Assembly (NCBI GenBank): GCA_963665115.1
Contig: OY762007.1
Span: 64,001 to 128,000 of the forward strand
Length of the DNA stretch: 64,000 nt
Reading direction: 5' to 3'
From: an uncultured Rivularia sp.
GTDB lineage: Bacteria > Cyanobacteriota > Cyanobacteriia > Cyanobacteriales > Nostocaceae
This document shows positions 1-9,211 of this stretch, in pieces. Position 1 is the stretch's first letter. Each line of letters starts with the position of its first letter. The position numbers and the translations under genes are program-made. The notes beneath the pieces are model-generated. The model had not been told where the DNA came from. It did no database searches and was given only the letters and a program-made list of their open reading frames with translations.

Positions 1-476
1 CGGATGTGGTATTAATGGACTTGAGAATGCCAAAAATGGAAGGGATAGAGGCGATCGCCCAAATTAAATCGGAATTCTCTGAGGCAAAGATTGTTATTCT
101 TACTACCTACGACACAGATGAGGATATCTATCGAGGATTACAAGCAGGAGCAAAAGGTTATTTACTCAAAGATACCTCTTCAGAAGAATTAGCTACTGCT
201 ATTCGTACCGTTTATCAAGGAAAAAAATACGTTCCTCAGCAGGTGGCAATAAAATTAGCTGAACGTATTACAAATCCCGAACTTACCAGCAGAGAAACAG
301 AAGTTTTAAAGTTATTAACCAAAGGTAAAAGCAATCAAGAAATTGGCTCTATGCTCAAAATTACCGAGGGAACAGTTAAATTTCACGTCAACAACATTTT
401 CAACAAATTAGGCGTTAGCGACCGCACTCAAGCTGTGATTACGGCATTTAAGCGAGGTTTGAGTCGATTGGAGTAG
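1..476 (+). CDS. NarL/FixJ-family response regulator (REC + LuxR HTH), 5' end outside window
   Basis: DVVLMDLRMP receiver motif, GAKGYLLKD, C-terminal LTSRETEVL...TVKFHVNNIFNKLGV HTH. Confidence 0.95.
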   Translation, partial: DVVLMDLRMPKMEGIEAIAQIKSEFSEAKIVILTTYDTDEDIYRGLQAGAKGYLLKDTSSEELATAIRTVYQGKKYVPQQVAIKLAERITNPELTSRETEVLKLLTKGKSNQEIGSMLKITEGTVKFHVNNIFNKLGVSDRTQAVITAFKRGLSRLE

Positions 477-648
477 GGAGCAAGGAGTAGGGAGTAGGGA
501 GTAGGGAGTAGTAAGTAGTGAGTAGTAAGTAGTGAGTAGTAAGTAGCGAGTAAGGAGTAAGGAGTAGGGAGTAGTAAGTAGTGAGTAGCGAGTAAGGAGT
601 AAGGAGTAAGGAGTAGTAAGTAGGGAGTAGTAAGTAGTGAGTAGCGAG
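471..648 (+). repeat. STRR heptamer tract (GGGAGTA/GTAAGTA/GTGAGTA variants)
   Basis: tandem 7-mers read directly; complementary to the tract at 1073-1210. Confidence 0.95.
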
Positions 649-695
649 TTTAGTGACTGTGAGTTATAAAAAAGAATAAATAATAATATAAAATC

Positions 696-1064
696 ATGAT
701 GAATAATGATATTAGCATTCAGCAAAGAACGAAAATTTTTGCGATTAGAGTCATAAGCGCTTATATAGAATTAAACAAAAAACCTTTCGATGATGCTGGT
801 AAAGTGTTATCAAAGCAATTTTTACGTTGTGGTACTAGTATAGGTGCAAACTGTGCGGAGGCAAAGTTTGCACAATCGAGAGTTGACTTTTTATCAAAAT
901 ATTCAATCGCTTTAAAAGAAGCTTCCGAATGTAAATATTGGATTGAAATAATGATTGAATCTAATATCGTATCAGAAAGTAAATTTAAAGATATGTTGCC
1001 TGAACTTCAAATAATAATTAAAATACTCATTTCTACTACTAAAAAACTAAAAGCAAACAAATAA
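696..1064 (+). CDS. four helix bundle protein (23S rRNA IVP / S23-like family)
   Basis: KQFLRCGTSIGANCAEA...SRVDFLSKYSIALKEASECKYW signature. Confidence 0.92.
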   Translation: MMNNDISIQQRTKIFAIRVISAYIELNKKPFDDAGKVLSKQFLRCGTSIGANCAEAKFAQSRVDFLSKYSIALKEASECKYWIEIMIESNIVSESKFKDMLPELQIIIKILISTTKKLKANK

Positions 1065-1072
1065 ATTTTATT

Positions 1073-1210
1073 CACTACTCCCTACTTTTTACTTCCTACT
1101 CCCTACTCCCTACTTTCTACTCCCTACTTTTTACTTCCTACTCCCTACTCCCTACTCCCTACTCCCTACTTTTTACTTCCTACTCCCTACTCCCTACTCC
1201 CTACTCCCTC
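1073..1210 (+). repeat. STRR heptamer tract (TACTCCC/TACTTTT variants)
   Basis: tandem 7-mers, reverse complement of the tract upstream of the four-helix-bundle gene. Confidence 0.95.
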
Positions 1211-1285
1211 CATAACTTTAGACTAGGTTTATTACTAGACTTTATTAACGGTTAAAGTCTCATCTTTTCATAGGCGAATATCTTC

Positions 1286-2188
1286 ATGCTTTTCTCTAGC
1301 ATAATCTTAGTTATAGTTAGGGTGATGCTGGTGTGCGATTTGGAAAATTTGAGCAGTACTGTTTACCGATTTGATGGCTTTAGTTTTTACAGTTCTTCAG
1401 AGCAATCTAATTACTGGCTTGAACACGGCCATGAGGAGATACAGATTACGCTACCGCAAGCTAATGCTCAAGCTTGGATGGCTTGTCAATCTTCTACTGG
1501 GAAACAATGCATTAGAGAAATAAAAGCAGGTGAAAGTTTTTTAATTTCATCGAACCAATCCCATACCCTTGATTGGCAACAAACGGCAGAATTAACTCTT
1601 TTTTATCTTCATCCTCGTTTTTTAGCCAATGCAATAGATGATTCAATAGATAATCATCATTTAGAAATTAACGACCGCTTTTCATTAGTAGATGATACTT
1701 TAATTCGAGAAATAGGTGTAATTTTTCGTTATTTATGTCGTTTTGATGTCGCTACGGAAAGACTTTACATTGAAAATTTGGCAAATCTATTAGCAGTTTA
1801 TTTACTCAAAAATTACTTAAATTATAATTTAAAACTTCCTCCTAATACAAAAGGACTATCTCAAAGCCAAATAAATCCCGTTTTAGAATATATTGAAGCC
1901 AATCTCGATCAAAAAATAACTCTATCGGATTTAGCTGCTATTGCTGGTGTAGGAAAATTTTATTTCAGTCGTTTATTTAAGAATTCTTTAAATTTAACTC
2001 CCTATCGCTATGTTCTACAACAAAGAATAGAAAAAGCTAAAAGGCTATTAAAATATTCAAATATACCTATCTGTGACATTTCTTTAGAATGTGGTTTCAG
2101 CAATCAAAGCCATCTTGCCAAACATTTTCGCGTTATGGTGGGAATCAGCGCCATGAACTATCGTAAAAGTGCTACGAAATGTCTTTAA
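1286..2188 (+). CDS. AraC-family transcriptional regulator
   Basis: C-terminal double HTH: YFSRLFKNSLNLTPYRY...ECGFSNQSHLAKHFR; true start may be slightly downstream. Confidence 0.93.
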   Translation: MLFSSIILVIVRVMLVCDLENLSSTVYRFDGFSFYSSSEQSNYWLEHGHEEIQITLPQANAQAWMACQSSTGKQCIREIKAGESFLISSNQSHTLDWQQTAELTLFYLHPRFLANAIDDSIDNHHLEINDRFSLVDDTLIREIGVIFRYLCRFDVATERLYIENLANLLAVYLLKNYLNYNLKLPPNTKGLSQSQINPVLEYIEANLDQKITLSDLAAIAGVGKFYFSRLFKNSLNLTPYRYVLQQRIEKAKRLLKYSNIPICDISLECGFSNQSHLAKHFRVMVGISAMNYRKSATKCL

Positions 2189-2197
2189 ATTGATAGT

Positions 2198-2609
2198 TTA
2201 GATAAATAAATTATTAAAAGAAACTAAATCTACACCATATTTTATAATTGCATCTCTATTATCACCTTGAGTAATATTAGTCATTCGCTTTGTGATGTCG
2301 CTATACCAAAGTTGTAGGAAAATCTTACCCTTTTTTTCCCTCACAGTTTCGGTAATAGCTCTCCACGATTGCACTTGTTGATGAGTGTAAATTCCTGGAT
2401 AGTTCGGTAATGTCTCATCAGCAGTAACTAAGGTTGGTTTCGGTAATAATCAACCCGCAAGAAGCCTTACGGGCGTAATAATCTAGCGCTTGTGGTTGTG
2501 ATAAATTGTTGTCCGCTAACAGTTGTGGCTTTGATGCTATGACTATTCGATTGGGTAAAGTATAAGCTCCAAGTCGAACTGGTGAGGTTAAACAAGCAGA
2601 AGGTTTCAT
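2198..2609 (-). pseudogene. internally deleted Old Yellow Enzyme (alkene reductase/NemA-like) remnant
   Basis: LPNRIV..YYARKASCGLIITE, then after a frameshift near 2430 YPGIYTHQQVQSWRAIT..GKIFLQLWY, joined to a C-terminal-like GVDLVSFNNLFI; ~136 codons only. Confidence 0.8.
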
Positions 2610-2747
2610 TCAGAGATTTTCTGGCAAAGATAACTCAATCGCAATTTTTGAATTGTTGAGCTAATTCTAATCAAAACCAAAATTCCTGTCTTGTCTCTTA
2701 TTGACTTAATTATTCTAATCTTGCTTTTTTCTTATTTTTATCAACTC

Positions 2748-3365
2748 CTAAGCGGGTGAATTGTTCTGCAAAGTGATAATTTTCTCTTGACGAGCGATCG
2801 CACCTTCAGCTTCTAGCTTAATCAATGCTCTGGATAAGGTTTCTGGAGTAAAACCGATATCGCTGGCAATATCTCTAAGGGGGCGATCTAAAACGATAGT
2901 TGTTTCTTGAGGGAAGTTTACCAAGTTACGCAAATAACGCAATACTCTTTCGTGAGCGATACGAATATCTCTAAGTTCAAGACGAAATTTCATCGACTGA
3001 ATTTTTTTGACCAACATTGCCATAAAATCCAATGCTATATCGGGATATGCTCGCAAAACGCTTAAAAGCTGCTCTTTGGGATAAGCAATTACTTCAGAGT
3101 CAATTTCGGCGATCGCCGTACAAGGATAAATATCTGCAAACAGAGCAATTTCTGCAATGCTTTCCGATCTTCTGACTATCTCAAAAGTACTTACTTGTCC
3201 TTGTTCGAGAAACCGAACTAGCTTGATTCTACCCGATCTGACTACATAAAAATTTGAAGCTTCATCTTCCTGTGCGAACAAGGTTTCTCCCGCAGCTAAA
3301 TTTTGAATTGTCAGATTATTCCGCAATGTTTCGGGAAGGCTATCAATAGCAGTCAAATCCATCAA
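2748..3365 (-). CDS. Crp/Fnr-family transcriptional regulator
   Basis: cNMP-binding beta-roll plus IASDIGFTPETLSRAL HTH. Confidence 0.93.
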   Translation of the reverse strand: MMDLTAIDSLPETLRNNLTIQNLAAGETLFAQEDEASNFYVVRSGRIKLVRFLEQGQVSTFEIVRRSESIAEIALFADIYPCTAIAEIDSEVIAYPKEQLLSVLRAYPDIALDFMAMLVKKIQSMKFRLELRDIRIAHERVLRYLRNLVNFPQETTIVLDRPLRDIASDIGFTPETLSRALIKLEAEGAIARQEKIITLQNNSPA

Positions 3366-3401
3366 ATTTCCTCCTAATAGTTGGTAATCCAGCCTCTAAT
3401 A

Positions 3402-3423
3402 TATTTAGTCGGCTAAGTAAATA
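3402..3423. promoter_or_regulatory. candidate operator (TTAGTCGGCTAA palindromic core) upstream of crp-like gene
   Basis: 21/22 identical to the reverse complement of 4221-4242. Confidence 0.6.
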
Positions 3424-3470
3424 AGCAAAAAAAGCTTTTCGTAAAGGGGTAATTTAATTTTTTACACTAC

Positions 3471-3703
3471 TAGTTGATTGCATAAATTCTGATGGGTGTA
3501 TAGAAAAAATAAAAGATTATTCTACCCCCTCTACCCTCTCTTCCCCCTCTTCCCCCTCCCCATCTTTACCCGTCAGAACAAATGAAAAGGACTACTACTA
3601 GTAGTTGATTGCATAAATTCTGAATGGTTCGTTTTTTCCGTAACCTTCGGGAGACGTTATGTATAACGTCTCTACAACCCATCGGAACTAATGAAAAGGA
3701 CTA
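3471..3703. repeat. two tandem small elements with imperfect terminal inverted repeats and different internal cargo
   Basis: TAGTTGATTGCATAAATTCTGA...AATGAAAAGGACTA occurs twice; the second copy contains a GAGACG..CGTCTCTAC REP hairpin. Confidence 0.75.
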
Positions 3704-3767
3704 CTACGTTTCAATGGATCGAATCTTGAACCAAGAGTTTTGAACTATGGCAATTCCCTATTTCCTT

Positions 3768-4217
3768 TTAATAAGATTTTTTGACAGACTCTAAATTATT
3801 GTAAATTTGCATTAGCAAACGGCGAAACAGCAATCTTTCTTCTAAGGAAAAGTTGGCAAGTATTGTTTCTTCCAAATCAAGCCATAAATCGGTAACAGGC
3901 TGTTGTAAGGAATATCCCTTCTCAGTTAAAAAGATGCGGCAAATCCTAGCATCTTCTATATCTTTACATTTTTCTACCAGTTCTGTCTTCTCCAATCTAC
4001 TCAGCATTTTAGTTAAAGTTGGCGGTTCAATACACAGACGCTCTGCTAGTTCGGTTTGGGTTAAACCGTTTTGATGCCATAATTCCATCAGCAATCGTTC
4101 CTGTCCGATGTGCAGGTTCATTCCTGTTAAAGCAGCACTAACTAAACCTCGTTGCGCTTTGGCAATTCGCACCATGAGGTAGGTAGTGGTTTGGAGTGGG
4201 TTTTGATTAGACATCAA
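3768..4217 (-). CDS. MarR-family transcriptional regulator
   Basis: LTQTELAERLCIEPPTLTKMLSRLEK...DARICRIFLTEKG winged helix. Confidence 0.95.
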   Translation of the reverse strand: MMSNQNPLQTTTYLMVRIAKAQRGLVSAALTGMNLHIGQERLLMELWHQNGLTQTELAERLCIEPPTLTKMLSRLEKTELVEKCKDIEDARICRIFLTEKGYSLQQPVTDLWLDLEETILANFSLEERLLFRRLLMQIYNNLESVKKSY

Positions 4218-4220
4218 ATT

Positions 4221-4242
4221 TATTTGCTTAGCCGACTAAATA
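4221..4242. promoter_or_regulatory. candidate MarR autoregulatory operator
   Basis: TTAGCCGACTAA palindrome immediately upstream of the marR start. Confidence 0.6.
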
Positions 4243-4484
4243 AATAATACCACTATTGGATAGATTTGGAAGAGGTAGGGAAAGCCGAATAGGGAGAGTA
4301 GTAAGTAGTAAGTAGTAAGTAGTAAGTAGTAAGTAGTGAGTTATGAGGGATAACACATTTGTAGTGGGAGCGAGACGCTGCCTCGTGGCACCCAGCGAGC
4401 AAGATGCTCGCACTACGATTTTCTTTCTAATTATGAGTTGCAAATTATACTTGATGTTAAAAATAATGTGGTGGAATACTACTA

Positions 4485-4595
4485 CTAGTACAGTACGGCG
4501 TAAATAAAGCACCCATTTAAAAAGTTTGAAAGCCTTATCATATAATACTTTTTACTCCTTACTTTTGACTTTTTACTTCCGCGCAGCGGTACTAG
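4485..4595. mobile_element. 111-bp MITE-like element bounded by CTAGTAC...GTACTAG (copy 1)
   Basis: near-identical copy at 40279-40389; CTAG at both ends. Confidence 0.85.
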
Positions 4596-4695
4596 TCTGT
4601 CCCATAAAATATGATAGGTTTTCTCGCACACTCGCCTGGGGCTAGCAACTGTTCGCTAATAACTACCTAAATACGAACAAAGCACTACCTACTCA

Positions 4696-6504
4696 TTACT
4701 CATTATTCGCTACTGTGACAATAATTTCAGTTCCTTGCCCGATTGCGCTGTTAATAACTAAATTTCCTTTTAGCCGATCGCATCTTTCGCGCATTCCTAT
4801 CAAACCAAAACCTTCACCGAGTAGTAGTTGAGGATTGAAGCCCTTTCCGTTGTCTTTTATCTGGAGGTGAACTGTATCGTTTTCATGTATTAACTGGAGA
4901 AAGATTTCTGAAGCTTGGGCGTGTTGTAGGGTATTAGCAATAGCTTCTTGGGTGATGCGGAATAAATCGACTTCTACTTCTGGGTTTAAAAATTGTGGTT
5001 CACCGCCAATCAAAATCTCTGTTTTAATATCTGTACCTGAAACCATTTTATCTATTAATTGATGTAAGGCAGTACTTAAACTACCTGATTCTAAAGCTTC
5101 TGGGCGTAGGGCGCGAACGGAACGCCTAGCTCCGGAAAGACCTTCTTGAGCCAGATTCCTAGCGCGTAACAAGCGTTCTTGAGCGGCTTCGGGTTGAGTA
5201 GATAAGATGTTTCTGGCAGCTTCGAGTTGTAAAGAGATACCTGTAAAAGCTTGTGCTAAAGTATCGTGAATTTCTCGCGCCATGCGGTTGCGTTCGTTGA
5301 GTATAGCTAGTTCGGCTCGTTCTTTTTCTTGTTGAATTTGTGGGCGATAGATGGCGCTGCCGATACAGCTTGCTGCTATTTTAAATACGGCAATCTCCGC
5401 AGGAGTTAAACGTTTTGGCTCGCGGCAATAATCAATGCCTAATGTTCCCCAGTAAATATCGTTGACAAAAACTGGCACTGCATATGTAGATTTTACATTT
5501 AATTGTGCCATAGCATCTCTGAAAGGTTGATTGAGTTCTGACAAAAACCCACCAATCCAATCACCAGCTTTTAGTCTAACCACCCAATGTTCAACTCCTT
5601 CGGTTGAAACTTGATGAAGTTTTGGATGCAAAATTTGAGAGCTAGCGTATGGAGAATCCCACTCGTAAATTAAGCGCACGAATCCCGCAGATTCAGCCGT
5701 ATCACCTTCAAAATTCTGCATCACACCAACGCGATCGCAATCCAAGCCTTCTCCTAACATCTTGAGGGCAGCGTTCATTCCTTCATCTAAATCGGCAATT
5801 TCTAATAGCTGATTAGCTGCATTAGCGGTTGCTTCTAACCATCTATCTCGTAGCGATAATACTTGGTTACTTTCTGCTAATTGTGCAGCTTTTTCTATAG
5901 CTGCTTGTTCTTTAGCTTTGCGGTTACGTTCTCTTTGAATCGCACTACCAATACAGGTAGCAGCAGTTTTCAATACGGCTATTTGTGCATCGCATAATTG
6001 CCGTGCAGTTTGGCAAAAATCTAAACCAATAATTCCCCAATACTGCCCTTCAACCATGATGGGGATAGCGTAAGTAGCTTTTACACCTAATTTTTCTTGC
6101 CCGCTACGAAACGGTTCGGGCATTGTTTTTAACAAACCACCCCAATGCTTGCCTAAGTTAACCGCATGATAGCAATCTTCTAACCCATCATAAGAAATAC
6201 GACTTAATTCGGGATGATGAAGTTGAGAAGTAGCATTATAAGAAAGCCATTCATATTGTACGACTACATAACCAATTTCATTAATACAATCGCTAAAATG
6301 CTCGCTTAGAGCCAATCTATCCACACCTGCACTTTTTCCTAATATTGCTAGCGCTCGATTTATACCTCTTTCAAAATCTTCATCTGAAAGTAAAGCACTA
6401 GCACAATCTGCTGCTGCTTGTAGTAGACTATTTATTCGGTAGTTCGCCAATGATTTTTTGTCGCTATTTGAGGTTGAAGTGTAATTTTTATTAGTTTGAC
6501 TCAT
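4696..6504 (-). CDS. GAF-GAF HisKA_3 sensor histidine kinase
   Basis: two GAF repeats, ERNRMAREIHDTLAQ H-box, DNGKGF and GFGLIGMRER boxes; probable partner of the NarL regulator. Confidence 0.95.
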   Translation of the reverse strand: MSQTNKNYTSTSNSDKKSLANYRINSLLQAAADCASALLSDEDFERGINRALAILGKSAGVDRLALSEHFSDCINEIGYVVVQYEWLSYNATSQLHHPELSRISYDGLEDCYHAVNLGKHWGGLLKTMPEPFRSGQEKLGVKATYAIPIMVEGQYWGIIGLDFCQTARQLCDAQIAVLKTAATCIGSAIQRERNRKAKEQAAIEKAAQLAESNQVLSLRDRWLEATANAANQLLEIADLDEGMNAALKMLGEGLDCDRVGVMQNFEGDTAESAGFVRLIYEWDSPYASSQILHPKLHQVSTEGVEHWVVRLKAGDWIGGFLSELNQPFRDAMAQLNVKSTYAVPVFVNDIYWGTLGIDYCREPKRLTPAEIAVFKIAASCIGSAIYRPQIQQEKERAELAILNERNRMAREIHDTLAQAFTGISLQLEAARNILSTQPEAAQERLLRARNLAQEGLSGARRSVRALRPEALESGSLSTALHQLIDKMVSGTDIKTEILIGGEPQFLNPEVEVDLFRITQEAIANTLQHAQASEIFLQLIHENDTVHLQIKDNGKGFNPQLLLGEGFGLIGMRERCDRLKGNLVINSAIGQGTEIIVTVANNE

Positions 6505-6773
6505 CTTCTAACCCGAACAACTAAAAATTTAATAGCTTGCTGCAATGGTTCTATTGTACAATTCAAACTTGCTTTATTTGTATTGTTACAAGTCTACCAG
6601 AAAAACTGGGCAAATTTTAATTTCTATTTCAGGGTACAAGAAACAGCAGAAACTGAAGCTGCTTCCACAAAAACTTGATTTGTTTAGTAACCATCATCTA
6701 CAGTAATTTTTATTTTTTAGATATCTTGTTTTCTATTAGCTTGAACGGCTTTAGATTTACTAAAAATAAACCA

Positions 6774-6923
6774 TCACAACTCCAAAATTTTGTTTTCTGA
6801 TTGTCGAGATTGAACGTTAACTATTTTTGCTTTTGTATCAGCATCAACTCTTTTAATAGCTTTAGTTACAGTATTTACACAATCCGAAAAAGCAATACCT
6901 GAAACTTTTAATTGGATATCCAT
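6774..6923 (-). pseudogene. degenerate Atx1/CopZ-like heavy-metal chaperone
   Basis: manual translation MDIQLKVSGIAFSDCVNTVTKAIKRVD...; first Cys of CxxC replaced by Phe, early stop; not in the ORF track. Confidence 0.7.
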
Positions 6924-7352
6924 AGTCTGGCGTTGAAATCAAGTACAAATAATTTACTTCATTGAAAGTATGTTAAACCCTCTAGTAGGCTAGAGAGTCA
7001 AGAGCTAAAACGCAAAGATATTATTTTATATTAAAAAGGCACAAGTTCAAGTAAGTTATAAACAGCTATATATTAAATCTTAAATTGGTAATCATATAAT
7101 AAAAGTATTCAAATTAAATAACATCTCTTTAGATTTAAAGCGATTTCATCTTGGGATGTTATTAAATCATTTGCCAATAAAAATGTAGTAGGAGCGTCTC
7201 GCTCCCTCTTACAACCAGCTAGCTTTCCGGCTCGCACCTCATAAATGAATATCTATTCAAATTTAGCTACAATGTTGATCGGTATCGCTATTTTTTGAAA
7301 TTTTCTAATTATAAGCGAAAAATAGCCTTTATTCGTCGTAAATGCCTTCTCC

Positions 7353-7751
7353 ATGACTAAATCACTAAAGCCAAAACAGGAACCATCAAATCTTGATTCA
7401 CCTAGTTGTGATTCTCGTGAAGTTCATCTAGATAATGTTCGTCAAGTACAGCCAGAAATTATATCCACTGAGAAAGCACAGCGGATGGGTGAATTTTTCG
7501 GAACTCTTGCAGATCCACACCGTTTGCGTCTGCTCTCTGCTTTAGCAAAACAGGAATTATGCGTTTGCGATTTAGCCGCATCTGTAAAGATGAGTGAATC
7601 GGCTGTTTCCCACCAATTGCGAATTCTGCGTAATATGCGTTTGGTTAAATACCGCAGGGAAGGACGCAATGTTTATTACAGTTTAAAAGATAGCCATGTC
7701 ACAAATATCTACCATGAAGTGGCTTCTCACATTGATGAACCAGAAATTTAA
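7353..7751 (+). CDS. ziaR: ArsR/SmtB metal-sensing repressor (SmtB/ZiaR-like)
   Basis: LADPHRLRLLSAL..ELCVCDLA..SAVSHQLR; alpha5-type DSH...H.E ligands; upstream of a Zn/Cd ATPase remnant. Confidence 0.88.
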   Translation: MTKSLKPKQEPSNLDSPSCDSREVHLDNVRQVQPEIISTEKAQRMGEFFGTLADPHRLRLLSALAKQELCVCDLAASVKMSESAVSHQLRILRNMRLVKYRREGRNVYYSLKDSHVTNIYHEVASHIDEPEI

Positions 7752-7792
7752 TTTGAATTAATCGTTATTTGTGCAGATTACTAAATTTGAGA

Positions 7793-7836
7793 CAATATAT
7801 GAATAATTGTTCAGGTATAGAAATATTCATATATTG
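7793..7836. promoter_or_regulatory. SmtB/ZiaR-type operator
   Basis: ATATGAATAATTGTTCAGGTAT core inside a perfect 13-bp inverted repeat CAATATATGAATA...TATTCATATATTG. Confidence 0.75.
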
Positions 7837-7848
7837 AGGTAGTCAATA

Positions 7849-8654
7849 ATGGCATCACATTCTGGTTGTTGTGCTTCATATAACGAACGCGATGGGCATA
7901 ACCACGGGCAGAGTCATGGTGCAGAATTCAGCCTAAAGCGAGAAATTATACCTGTTGCAGTGTCGATGTTTTTGTTTGTGGTGGGTTTAGTATTTTATGA
8001 ACTTTTGCATATTACTCCTTTTTCTATCGGTGAGTATTTAATTTTTATCCCGGCTTATCTCCTGAGTGGTTGGAGCGTTTTGACTGCATCTGGACGGAAT
8101 ATTTTGCGGGGTAGAATATTTGACGAAAACTTCCTGATGACAATCGCGACATTGGGGGCGTTTCACCGTCAGGTGCGGCTCTCGCCATTCATCAGATTCC
8201 CGAAGCTGTAGCGGTGATGCTGTTTTTCCAAGTTGGGGAGTTGTTCCAAGATTTTTCGGTAAGTCGCTCTCGCAGAGCAATCGAAAGATATTTGAGTAAA
8301 GCTGGTAAAAATAAGAAAGTTGTATTTGTCGGTGATGGAATTAACGACGCACCCGTAATTGCTAGGGCTGATGTGGGAATGGCAATGGGAGCCTTGGGTT
8401 CGGATGCAGCAATTGAGACAGCCGATGTGGTGTTGATGACGGATGCTCCTTCTAAGGTAGCTGAAGCTATTCAAGTTGGTAAAAAAACACATAAAATTGT
8501 TTGGCAGAATATTACTTTAGCGATGGCAATTAAAGGTTTATTTATTATTTTGGGAATCATTGGGATTTCAAGTTTATGGTTGGCTGTGTTTGCAGATGTC
8601 GGTGTGGCGCTGTTGGCAATTTTGAATGCAGCTAGAGTTTTGAGAGTTAATTAA
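7849..8654 (+). pseudogene. ziaA: Zn/Cd P1B-type ATPase, frameshifted and internally deleted
   Basis: His/Cys-rich N-terminus, DENFLMTIAT, then SRSRR joined directly to VFVGDGINDAP; TGE, CPC and DKTGT motifs absent. Confidence 0.88.
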
Positions 8655-8684
8655 AATGAGTGAAATCAAAGTTCGCGATCGGAA

Positions 8685-8813
8685 AAGGTAATTCCTAATA
8701 CTAAGACTGACAAGTTTATTCAAGCAACCAATGTGCCAGTGTACGTTCCTTTAAGCGGAAAAACAATGCAGTTTAACAAAGCAGGAAAATGCGTTGCTGG
8801 CTGTCAAGATTAG
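8685..8813 (+). pseudogene. C-terminal fragment resembling cyanobacterial MBL-fold hydrolases
   Basis: VPVYVPLSGKTMQFNKAGKCVAGCQD* with no in-frame start; recalled similarity only. Confidence 0.4.
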
Positions 8814-9211
8814 CAAATTGACGGAGAGTATAAGGCTTAATACTACTTTTTAATATTGGTTAAGCCTTTCTTTTTATAAATTTTAAGTAATGACATCATG
8901 CTTTTATTAATTCTTTTGCCGCTCTATGGAATTAAGAAGCGATGGTTGATTAAACAATCCGCGCAGGCGGGTTTTGCCTGTGTAGCCAAGCCATTGCGTT
9001 GGGCGGGTTCCCCGACTTGTAGCAAGTGGCGCGTGATTTCTAATCGCCAGGTATGAATAAAACTTCCTATTTTAATAATTTTCTCGCATCTTAATTCGGA
9101 TTGCTATATATCTAGGGCTTGCTCGATCAAATATCGAGTTTTTCAGCTTGACGATAGTTTATTGAAGCGATTTGGGAATACTAAATGCAGAAGTATTAAG
9201 GGTTTAGCGTC

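Noticed and set aside
408..725. 105-aa minus ORF with LLTTPYS repeats (likewise 4228-4512, 16510-16740, 26908-27282, 45542-45847)
   Set aside because: translations of STRR heptamer tracts, not genes
696..1064. diversity-generating retroelement (Avd-like fold near a variable TPR gene)
   Set aside because: no reverse transcriptase or TR/VR pair in the window; the TPR variation is not adenine-specific relative to a template
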